A stretch of 64,000 nt of DNA, from NCBI GenBank assembly GCA_024790105.1, contig GCA_024790105.1_3053.1; one strand, 5' to 3'. A program made the translations under genes and the position numbers. A model generated the notes under the pieces. It saw nothing but the letters and a program-made list of their open reading frames with translations. It was not told where the DNA came from and did no database searches. Origin of the DNA: a phage. Positions 1-10,652 of the stretch are shown here, in pieces (position 1 is the stretch's first letter; every line of letters starts with the position of its first letter).

Positions 1-50
1 ACTTATTATAACCATCAAGATTAAAAGCAATGCTGTTATAATTTTGCTTT

Positions 51-302
51 TCATTCCTTCTCTCTGATGATAATTACCTGATTTGGCTGCGCAGACTTTT
101 TAGTTTCACCTGCAATTGACCAAATAAATGTAATAAACCAACCAATAATTGACCAGTTAAACAGTAAAGATGTGAAAAAGATTCCTACTGTCGATTTTGA
201 CCCACGCATCAAGGCGATAAACCATGGAAGCATGTATATAATAATAGCCAACACGCCTGAAACTAAAACCATAAAAATTGAACCTGCTACTAAAGTTTCC
301 AT
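51..302 (-). CDS. imm: Imm-like small membrane protein (superinfection immunity position)
   Basis: 83-aa ORF with two hydrophobic helices; lies downstream of gene 43 and the imm.1-like ORF as in T4. Confidence 0.55.
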   Translation of the reverse strand: METLVAGSIFMVLVSGVLAIIIYMLPWFIALMRGSKSTVGIFFTSLLFNWSIIGWFITFIWSIAGETKKSAQPNQVIIIREKE

Positions 303-309
303 GTTTTCC

Positions 310-702
310 TCACTTAGTTAAATTTTTTACGCATGAATTATAAGAATTCACTACATACTCCATCGGAGCATTTTTACCAGTACGCCATTGGTAATTATTA
401 GCCCAATTAGCCCAAAGTTCTGCACAGTAATTTTCAATTTTTTCTTCGCGTGTAATTACATCCGAATTACGATATGCTTGAGCAGATTCATCTGGACGAA
501 TAGCTTCGTCAAAATTCGCCTGCATTTGTTCTACTGTTTGCTTTGGAGCTTCTTTATAACACTTGACATTAGGATTATAAAATTTGCTTGAACAGTTTAC
601 AATTTTTCCTACATCAGACTGATTTACTACCGGTCCTTGAGCTACACAACCAGTAAGACCTAATGCAATAACCAAAATAGCGATTTTCATTTCATTCTCC
701 AA
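310..702 (-). CDS. Predicted lipoprotein (T4 imm.1 position)
   Basis: 130 aa; N-terminal signal peptide with lipobox LTGC; immediately downstream of a promoter cassette. Confidence 0.5.
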   Translation of the reverse strand: MENEMKIAILVIALGLTGCVAQGPVVNQSDVGKIVNCSSKFYNPNVKCYKEAPKQTVEQMQANFDEAIRPDESAQAYRNSDVITREEKIENYCAELWANWANNYQWRTGKNAPMEYVVNSYNSCVKNLTK

Positions 703-727
703 ATCCGTATCAGTAGTTGATAGTTGT

Positions 728-757
728 ATAGTACCATAGAAGAACAGGGATGTAAAC
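728..757 (-). promoter_or_regulatory. T4 early-type promoter (-35 GTTTAC, 18-nt spacer, -10 TACTAT) within repeated cassette
   Basis: Reverse complement reads GTTTAC ... TGGTACTAT; A/T-rich UP region upstream; same cassette repeated elsewhere in window. Confidence 0.5.
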
Positions 758-843
758 AGTTTTGTGAAAAAAAAATTTTTAGGGAATCAAAAGGGTCCAG
801 AATCATCTCTTTTTCATAAGTATAGATTTATATTACTTGTATG

Positions 844-864
844 AAAAAGGGACCTGGAGGTCCC
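844..864 (-). terminator. Rho-independent terminator downstream of gene 43
   Basis: GGGACC-tgga-GGTCCC hairpin followed by T5 on the minus-strand transcript. Confidence 0.6.
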
Positions 865-877
865 TAGATTTATTCTA

Positions 878-3574
878 TCAGCCAAACAGGAAGTCTAACG
901 AAGCTTTTTCTTCATAGTCCATGCCAGCCGATTCACACATACCCGCAAGCGGTTTAACAAACGATTTTTGGAACAAAGTTGAGTGGTCAATCCAAGATAG
1001 TACGTCAGAACGAATTTCTTTTGGAAGTTCTGTACCCGACGGCCAAGCAATGCACTTGTCACCAAATGGATTTCCTTCACGTAATGGAAGAACCATTACC
1101 TTATTTCCATCCAAAATTGGAGCTACACCTAGACCACTAACAGCTCGACGATAAGTTAGCACCCCACGAATGTGGAACGGGCATTTAAATCCTGGCCAAC
1201 CTTTATCATCATATTTCGCTATATCGTTCGCAGTTTTTACTTCAGCAATAACTTTATAGTCGAGTTGACGATATTCTTTCTCGAAGTTCTTGTAGTATTC
1301 TTGGACAGACTCTTCGCCTTCCTGAAGAATACGACGAATACTTTCTTCGAGAGCTTCTTGTACTGCTTTTGGTGTTGAACTCTGCTGAGTTTCCATACCC
1401 ATGATTTTTAGATGCGGTTCAGCAAATCGCTTATCTTCCATATCATAAACGTTCAGAGCATAACGCTTTTTCGCTTTCCAAAATCCACCAACGCCCTTTG
1501 AACCAAGCGGAGGGCAAGAAATAGCTTCACGGTCCATATGCATCAGATGCTCGCGGTTATTCATATAATCACATAACTCACGATATGCAACATCAATCAT
1601 AGGTTCCATCTTTTTCTTACCGAACTGATTCATGAATTCAACTAAATCGTTCTGCTCTTTGAATCGGTCAAGACCAACTTTTTCAATAACTTTATCTACG
1701 CAAACATATACCGAATCAGTATCACCTGCTGCGATGAAATCTTCATCATTAGTTCCGCATACTTTATTCAGATATTCATTAATTTTACGAGCAATCCACT
1801 GAATACCAACTTGGCCGAAAATTGTGATAGCAGTAGCATTTCGCAAATCATAGTAACGGAAATGAATATTACCAAGAGCACCATAAAGACTGTTAATAAG
1901 AATTTTACGGTTCAGCTGATTTGTATTAGCAAGTGTAGCTGCTTTTTCACATTCTTCAATCAGACTATTAAGAACAGATTCAGTATAATTCGATAGTTCA
2001 TTTAAGAAATCATCATTGAACTTAACATATCGTTCAACTTCTGGTTTAGTTGAACAAGACCCTGCGCCTTTCATAATAATCTTTTTAATAGCTTCGGCAT
2101 TCATTTCTTCAGCGAACATTTTCTTTTTCCAGTCTTTACGCTGGAAAAATACTTTAGCAATTTCCTTTGGAATGATACCTTCTTGATGCTTATCATACAT
2201 CCATCCATTCGGAGAACAAGAATATTCATCACTCGGTTTAGGAGCTGTTCCTGCGATATATTCATGAATTGGATGAACTTTAAACTGACCACGAATAGTC
2301 TCAGGACTAATGTTAACCTGACGAATAATGCTCGGATACAGAGACGTCAAGTCAAAACTCATAATATATCGACGAGCAATTGGTTTAGGTTCAAACACAA
2401 ATGCACCCGGAAAACTTTGTTTAACGTGCGAACCTTGTTGAGGAATAACCTTATGTTCACCTTTCAATGAGTTAAAAATAATAGCATCCCAAGTTTTAAT
2501 AGGACTCATTACACCGGAAAAAGGCATTTTAGCGTAATAAGACATACTTAAAACTAGATCGATAAACCCGCGAATTTTATCAATTGCTTGAACTGATTCT
2601 ACGTCAATGATGTTATAACTAATGTATCGTTGATGATTAGTCTCACGAAGTTTATTAATAGGACCGTCGTATGGTAATTTACCTTTTTTGGTTTCATGCT
2701 GAGCAACTGATTCCAAAGAGAATGACGGCAAATTAGTAAAAGCGAATTTCTTGTACAAATCTAAATAATCAAGAATAGATACGCCATCAATAGAATAAAT
2801 TTCTTTGCTACCGTACACATTTTGAATTAGTTTAGATTTTACTCGACCGATTGGAGAGAAGCGTTTCATACTACGTTCACCGAGAACCATTTTAACACGA
2901 TTCATGATATATGGAACGTCAAATCCCTCAATATTCCAACCGGTAAAAATAGCAGGTCGTTTCTGTTCCCAAAGATTAATATATTCCATGAGCATATCAC
3001 GCTCATTATCAAATGGCATATAAATTACTCGGTCAAGAATTTCTTGAGGAACTTCATCACCACCTTCACAGTCAAGCTTAGCAGCTAACTTTGCATCCCA
3101 TTTTGATACTGAACCGTACATTGAATTCAAAAGGTCGAAAACATAAAAACGATCATCAATTGAATCGTAATGAGTGATAGCATCAATTTCATATTCAGCT
3201 TTCATTGGGTCAGGAAATTTATCACCAGTAACCTCAATGTCGCAGTTAGCTACACGAACAAATTTTCGGTCATAAACAATTTCTGAACCATATGTATCAC
3301 TGATGTAAGCGAGTTTAAAATCGTTCATACCGAGAGCTTCGAGACCGATGTCTTCCATTCGCTTCATCCAGTCTCGAGCATCTTTCATTGATGGAAATTT
3401 TTGAGGAGCGCAGTTTTTACCATAGATGTCTTTGTACTTTGACTCTTCCTTACAATGTCTAAACATAGTCGGAAGATATTCTACTTCGCGAGTACGTTCC
3501 TTTCCGTTTTCATCAATATAACGTTCAACAATGTTATTTCCGACTGTTTCAATAGAGATATAAAATTCTTTCAT
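878..3574 (-). CDS. 43: DNA polymerase gp43 (family B)
   Basis: 898 aa, same length as T4 gp43; DTDS polymerase and exonuclease motifs; synteny. Confidence 0.95.
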   Translation of the reverse strand: MKEFYISIETVGNNIVERYIDENGKERTREVEYLPTMFRHCKEESKYKDIYGKNCAPQKFPSMKDARDWMKRMEDIGLEALGMNDFKLAYISDTYGSEIVYDRKFVRVANCDIEVTGDKFPDPMKAEYEIDAITHYDSIDDRFYVFDLLNSMYGSVSKWDAKLAAKLDCEGGDEVPQEILDRVIYMPFDNERDMLMEYINLWEQKRPAIFTGWNIEGFDVPYIMNRVKMVLGERSMKRFSPIGRVKSKLIQNVYGSKEIYSIDGVSILDYLDLYKKFAFTNLPSFSLESVAQHETKKGKLPYDGPINKLRETNHQRYISYNIIDVESVQAIDKIRGFIDLVLSMSYYAKMPFSGVMSPIKTWDAIIFNSLKGEHKVIPQQGSHVKQSFPGAFVFEPKPIARRYIMSFDLTSLYPSIIRQVNISPETIRGQFKVHPIHEYIAGTAPKPSDEYSCSPNGWMYDKHQEGIIPKEIAKVFFQRKDWKKKMFAEEMNAEAIKKIIMKGAGSCSTKPEVERYVKFNDDFLNELSNYTESVLNSLIEECEKAATLANTNQLNRKILINSLYGALGNIHFRYYDLRNATAITIFGQVGIQWIARKINEYLNKVCGTNDEDFIAAGDTDSVYVCVDKVIEKVGLDRFKEQNDLVEFMNQFGKKKMEPMIDVAYRELCDYMNNREHLMHMDREAISCPPLGSKGVGGFWKAKKRYALNVYDMEDKRFAEPHLKIMGMETQQSSTPKAVQEALEESIRRILQEGEESVQEYYKNFEKEYRQLDYKVIAEVKTANDIAKYDDKGWPGFKCPFHIRGVLTYRRAVSGLGVAPILDGNKVMVLPLREGNPFGDKCIAWPSGTELPKEIRSDVLSWIDHSTLFQKSFVKPLAGMCESAGMDYEEKASLDFLFG

Positions 3575-3634
3575 AGATATTCCTTAGTTTATAGCCCGAG
3601 TTATTAGGCTCTTGATATATTATACTCCAAATAA

Positions 3635-3646
3635 GGGCCGAAGCCC
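3635..3646 (-). promoter_or_regulatory. Intercistronic C(UUCG)G tetraloop hairpin on transcript
   Basis: Plus strand GGGCCGAAGCCC = GGGC-UUCG-GCCC on the minus transcript, between regA and 43. Confidence 0.45.
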
Positions 3647-3652
3647 CATTGC

Positions 3653-4021
3653 TTAATTACCAATCGTATATTTAGGAACGAGTTTCCATTCATGTTTTTG
3701 TTTAAAAGAAATAACTCGGAAGTTATTAGTTAAATCTTTCATAAAAGTTCTTTGACCAGGAACGATTTCAATCAGTCCCCAATCTTCTAATAGCCATGCA
3801 ATCGAATCACGACGAACTTCATCTTCTTCTGTCATTTCAACTTGACGACCATCCATACGAAGCATTTCTTTAAAATGAACGATATAGTATAGTCCTTTTT
3901 TCTGAAGAATATGACAGGATTGATACAGAACTTTATCTTTATTATTAGCAATTCCCATACGAGTCAAAGTTTCTTTTACTTTCAGAAAATCTTCAGGTTT
4001 TTTAAGAGTAATTTCAATCAT
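3653..4021 (-). CDS. regA: Translational repressor RegA
   Basis: 122 aa; sequence matches T4 RegA as recalled; position between 62 and 43. Confidence 0.9.
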   Translation of the reverse strand: MIEITLKKPEDFLKVKETLTRMGIANNKDKVLYQSCHILQKKGLYYIVHFKEMLRMDGRQVEMTEEDEVRRDSIAWLLEDWGLIEIVPGQRTFMKDLTNNFRVISFKQKHEWKLVPKYTIGN

Positions 4022-4022
4022 T

Positions 4023-4586
4023 TTACCATTCCAATGCTAGTTTTTTGAGTTGTTTCTGTTCTTTTACGTTCTTAGTCACTTCTTTCAAAAAATCATCCGT
4101 GACTAATCCTTTAAGTTCTTTTAATACTAAAGGAAGTTTTCCATTTTTAGTAAGAATTGATTTATAGTTAATTGCATCATTTGTATTAACTTGATACCGC
4201 TTAGCAAGTAACTTAATAATCAATACTTCGGTGGAATCTTCAACTAGTTTTGCCCATTTACCATATCTTTTACCACGAGGAACTGCAGCCATTAGATAAT
4301 TAAAATGAGCTTCATCACTTAAGCCTGATCCAATTAAATTCATAGCATATACAGCTGGCATGCACTCTGGAAATTGTGATAATGCATTTTCAACCATGAA
4401 TTTTGAATAATCTTTTTGAGCAATAGAGCATTTAGTTTTATTATTAATAGCTCCAATTATTTCAAAAAACTCATTTTCAGCTTTTTCTTTAAAAGAATCA
4501 GCAGCGGATTGGACAGCTGTCCAATCTTTTGAATACCAAGCAACTTGATGCTCGTTTAATTGAATATCATCTTCAAATAAGCTCAT
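4023..4586 (-). CDS. 62: Clamp loader small subunit gp62
   Basis: 187 aa from Met MSLFEDDIQ; T4 gp62 synteny and length; ORF track start lies 21 nt upstream. Confidence 0.85.
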   Translation of the reverse strand: MSLFEDDIQLNEHQVAWYSKDWTAVQSAADSFKEKAENEFFEIIGAINNKTKCSIAQKDYSKFMVENALSQFPECMPAVYAMNLIGSGLSDEAHFNYLMAAVPRGKRYGKWAKLVEDSTEVLIIKLLAKRYQVNTNDAINYKSILTKNGKLPLVLKELKGLVTDDFLKEVTKNVKEQKQLKKLALEW

Positions 4587-4587
4587 A

Positions 4588-5547
4588 TCACTTCCACTGC
4601 ATTTCACATGCTAACTGAATGAAAAGATAAGCTAGATGCAATTCAGTATTAGCTGCAATACCATGATACTGGTTATTTTCACCAACAATTTCATACATAC
4701 GAATAATACTTTGCGGAGTTACGCGTGTATAAATTTCTTCGGCAAGTTTACCAACGAACCACGAATAATCAGCCGCATATTTTGGTGCTAAAGCTCTGAG
4801 TTGTTTAACATCTTTATTTTTGAGAGACTCAAGAACATCATCAATAGCACCACGATCGTTAGTAACCAGTGATAAAATACCAGCATCCAAAACACCTTTA
4901 GATGAATAACTATCGAGCTCGCCAATAGTTTTACGAAAATCAGGAAAATTCTTTTTAACCAAAGCTGCTACAACTTTCATATCAGCTATAGCAATTCCTT
5001 CATGCTTACAGATTTCAGTCAACCGACGAATCATCTGCTTCATCATTTCAATTTTATCTTCATCGGTCGGTTGACCGAATGTAATAACTCGGCAGCGTGA
5101 CTGAAGCGGTTTAATAATACCATCAATATTGTTAGCAGTAATAATAATACTACAGTTTGAACTATAAGCTTCCATAAAGGAACGAAGATGTCGCTGAGAC
5201 TCTGCTAATCCTGAGCGGTCAAATTCATCAATAACGATTACTTTTTGACGACCATCAAATGAAGCGGCGCTGGCAAAATTAGTCAAAGGACCGCGAACGA
5301 AATCAATTTTACAATCTGATCCATTCACAAACATCATATCAGCATTTACATCATGACACAATGCTTTTGCTACAGTTGTTTTACCTGTTCCTGGAGAAGG
5401 AGAATGAAGAATAATATGTGGAATCTTACCTTTACTTGTAATAGATTTAAAGGTTTCTTTATCAAAGGCGGGAAGAATACATTCATCGATAGTAGATGGA
5501 CGATATTTCTGTTCAAGAATGTGTTCTTTTTCATTTACGGTAATCAT
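4588..5547 (-). CDS. 44: Clamp loader ATPase gp44
   Basis: Walker A GTGKT, SRC motif; start chosen at [11 protein letters not shown] (319 aa) by recall of T4 gp44; ORF track start at 5562. Confidence 0.9.
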   Translation of the reverse strand: MITVNEKEHILEQKYRPSTIDECILPAFDKETFKSITSKGKIPHIILHSPSPGTGKTTVAKALCHDVNADMMFVNGSDCKIDFVRGPLTNFASAASFDGRQKVIVIDEFDRSGLAESQRHLRSFMEAYSSNCSIIITANNIDGIIKPLQSRCRVITFGQPTDEDKIEMMKQMIRRLTEICKHEGIAIADMKVVAALVKKNFPDFRKTIGELDSYSSKGVLDAGILSLVTNDRGAIDDVLESLKNKDVKQLRALAPKYAADYSWFVGKLAEEIYTRVTPQSIIRMYEIVGENNQYHGIAANTELHLAYLFIQLACEMQWK

Positions 5548-5582
5548 AATTTCCTCATTCAAGTTTTAGTGTAAATTATAAA

Positions 5583-5594
5583 GGGCCGAAGCCC
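5583..5594 (-). promoter_or_regulatory. Intercistronic C(UUCG)G tetraloop hairpin on transcript
   Basis: GGGCCGAAGCCC between gene 45 stop and gene 44 start. Confidence 0.45.
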
Positions 5595-5598
5595 TCTA

Positions 5599-6285
5599 TT
5601 AAAAATCGTGGGTAGAATCAGCTTCAAGAGCTACTACATAATTCGCGTGTTCACCTTCAAATTTAGCAGCGCCTTGTTTACCTTTTGCCCAAAGCAGAAG
5701 TTTATAATTTCCTGGTTGCATTTTCATATTTGCCATATTGATAATGAAATTAAATGTATTTTCACCATCATAATCACCAAGAGTCAAAGAATATTTAACA
5801 CGGGTAAGAGCAGAATCTTCTACTTTATTAAAACCGTTAATTACGATTTTACCTTCTTTTACCGTGATAGCAATTGTATCAATTTGCAGACCACGAGATA
5901 CACGCAATAGTTGTTGAAGGTCTTCAGCTTTAATTTCAGTAACAACAGATGCTACCGGGAATGGAATTGGTTTATTAGGAGCAACTACTGTACTCGGATC
6001 GGCTGCTGGCCAAAAAATTGTTGAACGAGCATCAGCAATTTTAATATTTCCATCTTCTGACTGGGAAATTTCTGCATCGTCATTAACTAGAGACAGAATA
6101 CCGAGAAAACCGTTCAAATCGTAAATTGCTACATCAAAATCAATAACGTCAGAAATATTTGCTTCCGCATAAGTTGTACCATTAACTGCGCGAGTCATAA
6201 TAAATTGACCAGATTTAAGCATAATGCCAGAGTTAATAGTAGCGAAATTTTTCAAAATATTCAGTGTGTCTTTAGATAATTTCAT
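5599..6285 (-). CDS. 45: Sliding clamp gp45
   Basis: 228 aa, same length as T4 gp45 and sequence matches as recalled. Confidence 0.95.
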   Translation of the reverse strand: MKLSKDTLNILKNFATINSGIMLKSGQFIMTRAVNGTTYAEANISDVIDFDVAIYDLNGFLGILSLVNDDAEISQSEDGNIKIADARSTIFWPAADPSTVVAPNKPIPFPVASVVTEIKAEDLQQLLRVSRGLQIDTIAITVKEGKIVINGFNKVEDSALTRVKYSLTLGDYDGENTFNFIINMANMKMQPGNYKLLLWAKGKQGAAKFEGEHANYVVALEADSTHDF

Positions 6286-7169
6286 TTCAATTTCCTATTT
6301 ACATAATAGTTAGACCAGGACCGTACAGCACCCTGATAAGATTCGTCGTTAAACCCATTAGCTACTGCAATTTTACGAAATTTATTATAACTCGGTTTTC
6401 CGTAAGCATGCCATAAAGATTTTAATTCATCTTCATGTTCAATCCAAGTTCCTCTAGCTTTAGATTTTCTAAATTTTGATTTGAATTCCGGTAAATTATT
6501 TCTAACAGTTGCTTGAATTGAAGCTCTCTGTCTTCTTTCAGCATTATTCCATAATTCTTTTTGAGATTTAGAAATTTTTGATCTTACACTTTCTGAATTC
6601 ATTATATCACTAAACTTTTTAGCATAACTACAATCAAGATATTTCAATTTCATCTTATTTGAGAGTTTAAGCTTTTTCTCATCGGTCCAGTGATTCTTCA
6701 TTGAATTAGATATTTTGTATTTTACCTCAGAACTATGTTTGTAACCTTTACGAATACCGACATACTCAGGCGTAATTTCAGATTGCGAAAGCTTTACAAT
6801 TTTTCCAGTTAAAACATTTTTATATGTTCCATATCCTTTAGCACCAATTAAAGTATTTTCATCCGCGTATGCTTTATTAAAATATTTTATATTACTTTTT
6901 GCTTTAACTTTTAATTGAAAAAATCTTTCCAATTTTCTTGGATCTAATATAGTTTCAGCTAAAATTTTGACGGTATATTTAGTGGTTTTAATAAGCTCAA
7001 AATATTCATCACTATAACTAGATGACACGCTTCCAGTATAAATCTTTCCAGCTGAATCAATTATATTTGTTCCATCGAAAATTGCGTTAATTTTTGAACC
7101 TATATAATAACACGGAAAAATATTTTTAGCTTCCCGCTCTGGAAAGCTAATAAGATATACTAAATTCAT
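6282..7169 (-). CDS. Seg-like homing endonuclease (degenerate GIY-YIG N-terminus, NUMOD3-like repeats)
   Basis: N-terminal VYLI...YYIGS pattern; C-terminal K/R-rich repeats of the S-x-x-K-I-S type; inserted between rpbA and 45 with 4-nt overlaps. Confidence 0.5.
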   Translation of the reverse strand: MNLVYLISFPEREAKNIFPCYYIGSKINAIFDGTNIIDSAGKIYTGSVSSSYSDEYFELIKTTKYTVKILAETILDPRKLERFFQLKVKAKSNIKYFNKAYADENTLIGAKGYGTYKNVLTGKIVKLSQSEITPEYVGIRKGYKHSSEVKYKISNSMKNHWTDEKKLKLSNKMKLKYLDCSYAKKFSDIMNSESVRSKISKSQKELWNNAERRQRASIQATVRNNLPEFKSKFRKSKARGTWIEHEDELKSLWHAYGKPSYNKFRKIAVANGFNDESYQGAVRSWSNYYVNRKLK

Positions 7170-7555
7170 TTATTAAAATCAGCTGCGATTGTTTCGGCAA
7201 CAATTTGTGCAGCAACAATTAGACGTTCATCTGCATTACCGCAATATTCATCTTCTAAACGTTCACCGCATGAAGTCATAATAAATTTAGCAGCGGCGTT
7301 TAGGGATTCTGCAGTATGTTTGCGCATTAGTTCAATCCATTTATTACTTACTTCACGATCGATAGCTTCATAATACGCATGACGAGCAGGTGCAGATTTA
7401 ATTTTGTTCTGAATAACTTCCATTGCGTTATCAGAAAGAGACGAAACCCATGCGCGACGAATTTTATTTTGGTTTTGCGGATTTGAGTCAGAACGCACGT
7501 GTTTTGGCTGAATATCTTTTACATCAACAGTATAATTCACAGTAATTTTAGTCAT
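7166..7555 (-). CDS. rpbA: RNA polymerase binding protein RpbA
   Basis: 129 aa, T4 RpbA length and position upstream of gene 45. Confidence 0.7.
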   Translation of the reverse strand: MTKITVNYTVDVKDIQPKHVRSDSNPQNQNKIRRAWVSSLSDNAMEVIQNKIKSAPARHAYYEAIDREVSNKWIELMRKHTAESLNAAAKFIMTSCGERLEDEYCGNADERLIVAAQIVAETIAADFNK

Positions 7556-7564
7556 AATACACCT

Positions 7565-7756
7565 TTAGTCATAATAATCAGTAACAGTCCAAGCTTCATT
7601 TCTATTGGACATTATTTTTGTATATTCTGCTTTAAATGCATTCCTAAGCATAGATTCAGTAACTATATGCTCTTCATTAGAAAAATTATTTCTCAGAATA
7701 TATCGTTTTATTTCAGGAAAAGTTAATAGATGCTGTCCAGTTGAATATTCTGCCAC
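7565..7756 (-). CDS. Small hypothetical protein (T4 45.2-like position)
   Basis: 63-aa ORF in operon orientation. Confidence 0.4.
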   Translation of the reverse strand: MAEYSTGQHLLTFPEIKRYILRNNFSNEEHIVTESMLRNAFKAEYTKIMSNRNEAWTVTDYYD

Positions 7757-7766
7757 AGTTCCTCCG

Positions 7767-7774
7767 TATAAATA
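7767..7774 (+). promoter_or_regulatory. T4 late promoter TATAAATA upstream of plus-strand HNH gene
   Basis: Exact TATAAATA about 33 nt upstream of ATG at 7808. Confidence 0.5.
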
Positions 7775-7807
7775 TGCTTATCACTCGCTGTATCAAAAGG
7801 ATATGTT

Positions 7808-8524
7808 ATGAATTATAAACTAATTTATGAAAAGTTAATATCTAATGCTAAATCTCGAAAACTTGATTGCTATACTGAATCTCATCACATTATACCGCGC
7901 TGTTTAAATGGAAGTGATGATGCTTCAAACTTAGTAGATTTAACACCAGAAGAGCACTATGTAGCTCATCAACTTTTAGTAAAAATTTATCCTTCTGAAC
8001 CAAAATTAGTCTATGCTGCTAACATGATGACAGTTTCTACGAAATACGCTAAACGCAACAATAAAACTTTCGGTTGGATTCGTCGTAAACTCTGGGAAAT
8101 AGAAAAGAACAAAGAATTCTCCCAGGAGACACGAAAGAAAATGTCTGATGCAGTAGCTAATAAAGCAAGACTAACTTGTCCTCATTGCGGTAAGTCTGGA
8201 TTAAGCGGGAATATGAATCGTTGGCATTTTGATAACTGCCCAAATCACCCTAATCCTAAAGTTAGACCACCAATGTCTAAAGAACACAGAAATAATATCT
8301 CAAACGGGCTTAAAGCAATCGTTCTTGAAGAAACATCCTGCGAATTCTGCGGAATGATAGGCAAGAAATGCGTTATCGCAGCGCATAGAAATTTCTGCAA
8401 GAAAAATCCAAATGGACGCAAGAAAACTGAAAAGACTGGTACTTGCGTCCATTGCGGTAAAGTTACCACTTTCGGAAATTTATCAAGGTGGCATAATGAT
8501 AACTGTAAATATAAACCTAGCTAA
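7808..8524 (+). CDS. HNH homing endonuclease with three C-terminal Cys-rich repeats
   Basis: HNH core ESHHIIPRCLNGSDDASNLVDLTPEEHYVAH; three repeats of C-x2-C-G-K...RWH-x-DNC; opposite strand to the surrounding early operon. Confidence 0.75.
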   Translation: MNYKLIYEKLISNAKSRKLDCYTESHHIIPRCLNGSDDASNLVDLTPEEHYVAHQLLVKIYPSEPKLVYAANMMTVSTKYAKRNNKTFGWIRRKLWEIEKNKEFSQETRKKMSDAVANKARLTCPHCGKSGLSGNMNRWHFDNCPNHPNPKVRPPMSKEHRNNISNGLKAIVLEETSCEFCGMIGKKCVIAAHRNFCKKNPNGRKKTEKTGTCVHCGKVTTFGNLSRWHNDNCKYKPS

Positions 8525-10205
8525 TCTTAGCTAAACTAAATCTACCAACTTTTTCCATCTGAATATGCTGACCATATTCTTGTGGGTCATGGTCTTTATG
8601 CGAAATTATGAAGAAGTTGGTATCCTTCAAACCATCTAAAATTTTAGCTACATTTTTAATGCCTTCAGCATCAAATGCACCATCATACACTTCATCAAGA
8701 AATAAACAACTTATTTTAACACCTGAAACTTTTTCAGCAATATCACGCCAAGTAAATAAAAGAGCAATATCAATTCGTGCTTTTTCGCCTTGACTAAATG
8801 AAGCATAACTAAAATCTTCACGACCACGGGATTTAATTGTCTCATTAAATTCTTCATCTAATGTAAACACATAATCCGCTTCCATTATTTTAAGATAATG
8901 GTTAATCTGCTTATTAAATAATGGAATGTACTTTTTAATAATAGCACCTTTAATACCAGAATCTTTGAGCATATCAGTCAAAATTCCTCGGTGGTATTTT
9001 TCCATTACTAAATTAGTTTTTGTCTTAACAATTTTATCAAGTTCTTCTTGAAGCAGTGCTATTTCATCAGCATGGTCAATAAACTCAGAAGATGCTTTTT
9101 CTATAGCTGCTTTAACTTTTTTAGCTTTATCTACCGTCGTGATTAGAGATTGCTTTTTATTGCGAATATCATTTGCCAACGACTGCTGGGTTTTAATATT
9201 ATCTCGGTATTCATCAACAAGAACTTTTAAATTATCACGATGTGTTGAAAGCTGTTCAAACGAATGCGTACATTCAGAAACTTTATCTTTAATTTTAGAA
9301 ACAACTTTATCACCGGAACTTAATTGTGACAGACAGGTTGGACATAATCCGCCTTCGTGATACATATTAATGACTTTATTATACGAGTCAATTTTTGATT
9401 TAATTAAAACTGCTTCTTGACCGATTTTATTAAATGCATCAGTCGGGTCTTCATCCAAAACAATATTAACTAATCTTTCATTAGCTTCTTCTATTTCCGA
9501 TTTTAGCGTTCTAGCTTCTTTTGCCAAATCATCATACATATTTTGTAGACGAGTAAGGTTGTCACCCGTTAATTTTTTCTGGCGTTCAACGTTATCATTA
9601 TATATTTTAATTTGTTGGATAATACTATCTTTTTTAACATCAAGCACTTGGTTTTGTGAATTTAATTCACGTATTAGTGCTTTATTAAGCTTATCCATTT
9701 CAGCTAATGTTCCTACCTCAAGCAGGTCTTCCACAAGCTTTCTTCGCGCAGGGGTCGACAAACCCATGAAAGGGGTATACCCTGCTGTACCAAGGACAAC
9801 AATCTGCTTGAAACTGGCATATGACATTCCGATAAGCTGTTCAAATTCTGCTTGGAAATCTTTACTGCTGGCAGATTCATTAAGACGTGTACCGTTAACG
9901 GTGATTTCGAAAACGTTTGGTTTTTGTCCTCTTTTGATATAGTACTTTTTCTCATCATATTCCATCCACAGTTCAACTAAAAGTTCTTTCTTATTTGTGC
10001 TGTTTATTAATTGACCTTTCTTTACATCACGAAATGGCTTGCCAAAAAGCCCAAATGTGATGGCTTCTAACATAGTAGACTTACCACCGCCATTTCGTCC
10101 AGTAATAAGAGTTTTTTGAACCTTATCTAATTGAATGTCAATCCCATTTTGACCAACTGACATTATATTTTTATATTTTACTCTGTTAAGTTTAAAATTC
10201 TTCAC
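8517..10205 (-). CDS. 46: Recombination exonuclease subunit gp46 (Rad50/SbcC-like)
   Basis: 562 aa; Walker A GRNGGGKST, coiled-coil middle, C-terminal signature and D-loop; synteny. Confidence 0.9.
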   Translation of the reverse strand: MKNFKLNRVKYKNIMSVGQNGIDIQLDKVQKTLITGRNGGGKSTMLEAITFGLFGKPFRDVKKGQLINSTNKKELLVELWMEYDEKKYYIKRGQKPNVFEITVNGTRLNESASSKDFQAEFEQLIGMSYASFKQIVVLGTAGYTPFMGLSTPARRKLVEDLLEVGTLAEMDKLNKALIRELNSQNQVLDVKKDSIIQQIKIYNDNVERQKKLTGDNLTRLQNMYDDLAKEARTLKSEIEEANERLVNIVLDEDPTDAFNKIGQEAVLIKSKIDSYNKVINMYHEGGLCPTCLSQLSSGDKVVSKIKDKVSECTHSFEQLSTHRDNLKVLVDEYRDNIKTQQSLANDIRNKKQSLITTVDKAKKVKAAIEKASSEFIDHADEIALLQEELDKIVKTKTNLVMEKYHRGILTDMLKDSGIKGAIIKKYIPLFNKQINHYLKIMEADYVFTLDEEFNETIKSRGREDFSYASFSQGEKARIDIALLFTWRDIAEKVSGVKISCLFLDEVYDGAFDAEGIKNVAKILDGLKDTNFFIISHKDHDPQEYGQHIQMEKVGRFSLAKIS

Positions 10206-10465
10206 AAAAGATTCCTTTTAATGTATCTTTTAGACCATTCTATCATATCATCATAATCTAAAAAGTATTCATCAAATTCAGCCATGCAAACAACACCTTG
10301 TGCTGTTTTTGATGTGATATAAATTATTCCAACATATCTAGAATCTTCTTCGGTATAATCAATATTTGCTATGAATTCATCGTTAATGTCAAATGTCGAA
10401 AACTTCACAGTATGCATCCTTAATACAAGATACAGCCATATCTCGTAATGATTTGGGTGTGTCAT
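10202..10465 (-). CDS. Hypothetical protein (46.1-like position)
   Basis: 87-aa ORF between 47 and 46; overlaps neighbour in another frame, so the start is uncertain. Confidence 0.4.
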   Translation of the reverse strand: MTHPNHYEIWLYLVLRMHTVKFSTFDINDEFIANIDYTEEDSRYVGIIYITSKTAQGVVCMAEFDEYFLDYDDMIEWSKRYIKRNLL

Positions 10466-10652
10466 TATCTAAAATGTTGAAGTTAAAAGATACAGCCCAG
10501 TCAGTGCAGACCGTAACCTTTTTAATACAATTATCTTCAACCTCTAGCGGTTCAAACCAATATTCAATAATTTCTTTATGCCCAATATCATCTTTTACTT
10601 CGCATTCAAAATGCTGACTCATCATAACATTTTTAAATTCATCAAAAGTCAT
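10389..10652 (-). CDS. Hypothetical protein (46.2-like position)
   Basis: 87-aa ORF between 47 and 46. Confidence 0.4.
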   Translation of the reverse strand: MTFDEFKNVMMSQHFECEVKDDIGHKEIIEYWFEPLEVEDNCIKKVTVCTDWAVSFNFNILDNDTPKSLRDMAVSCIKDAYCEVFDI

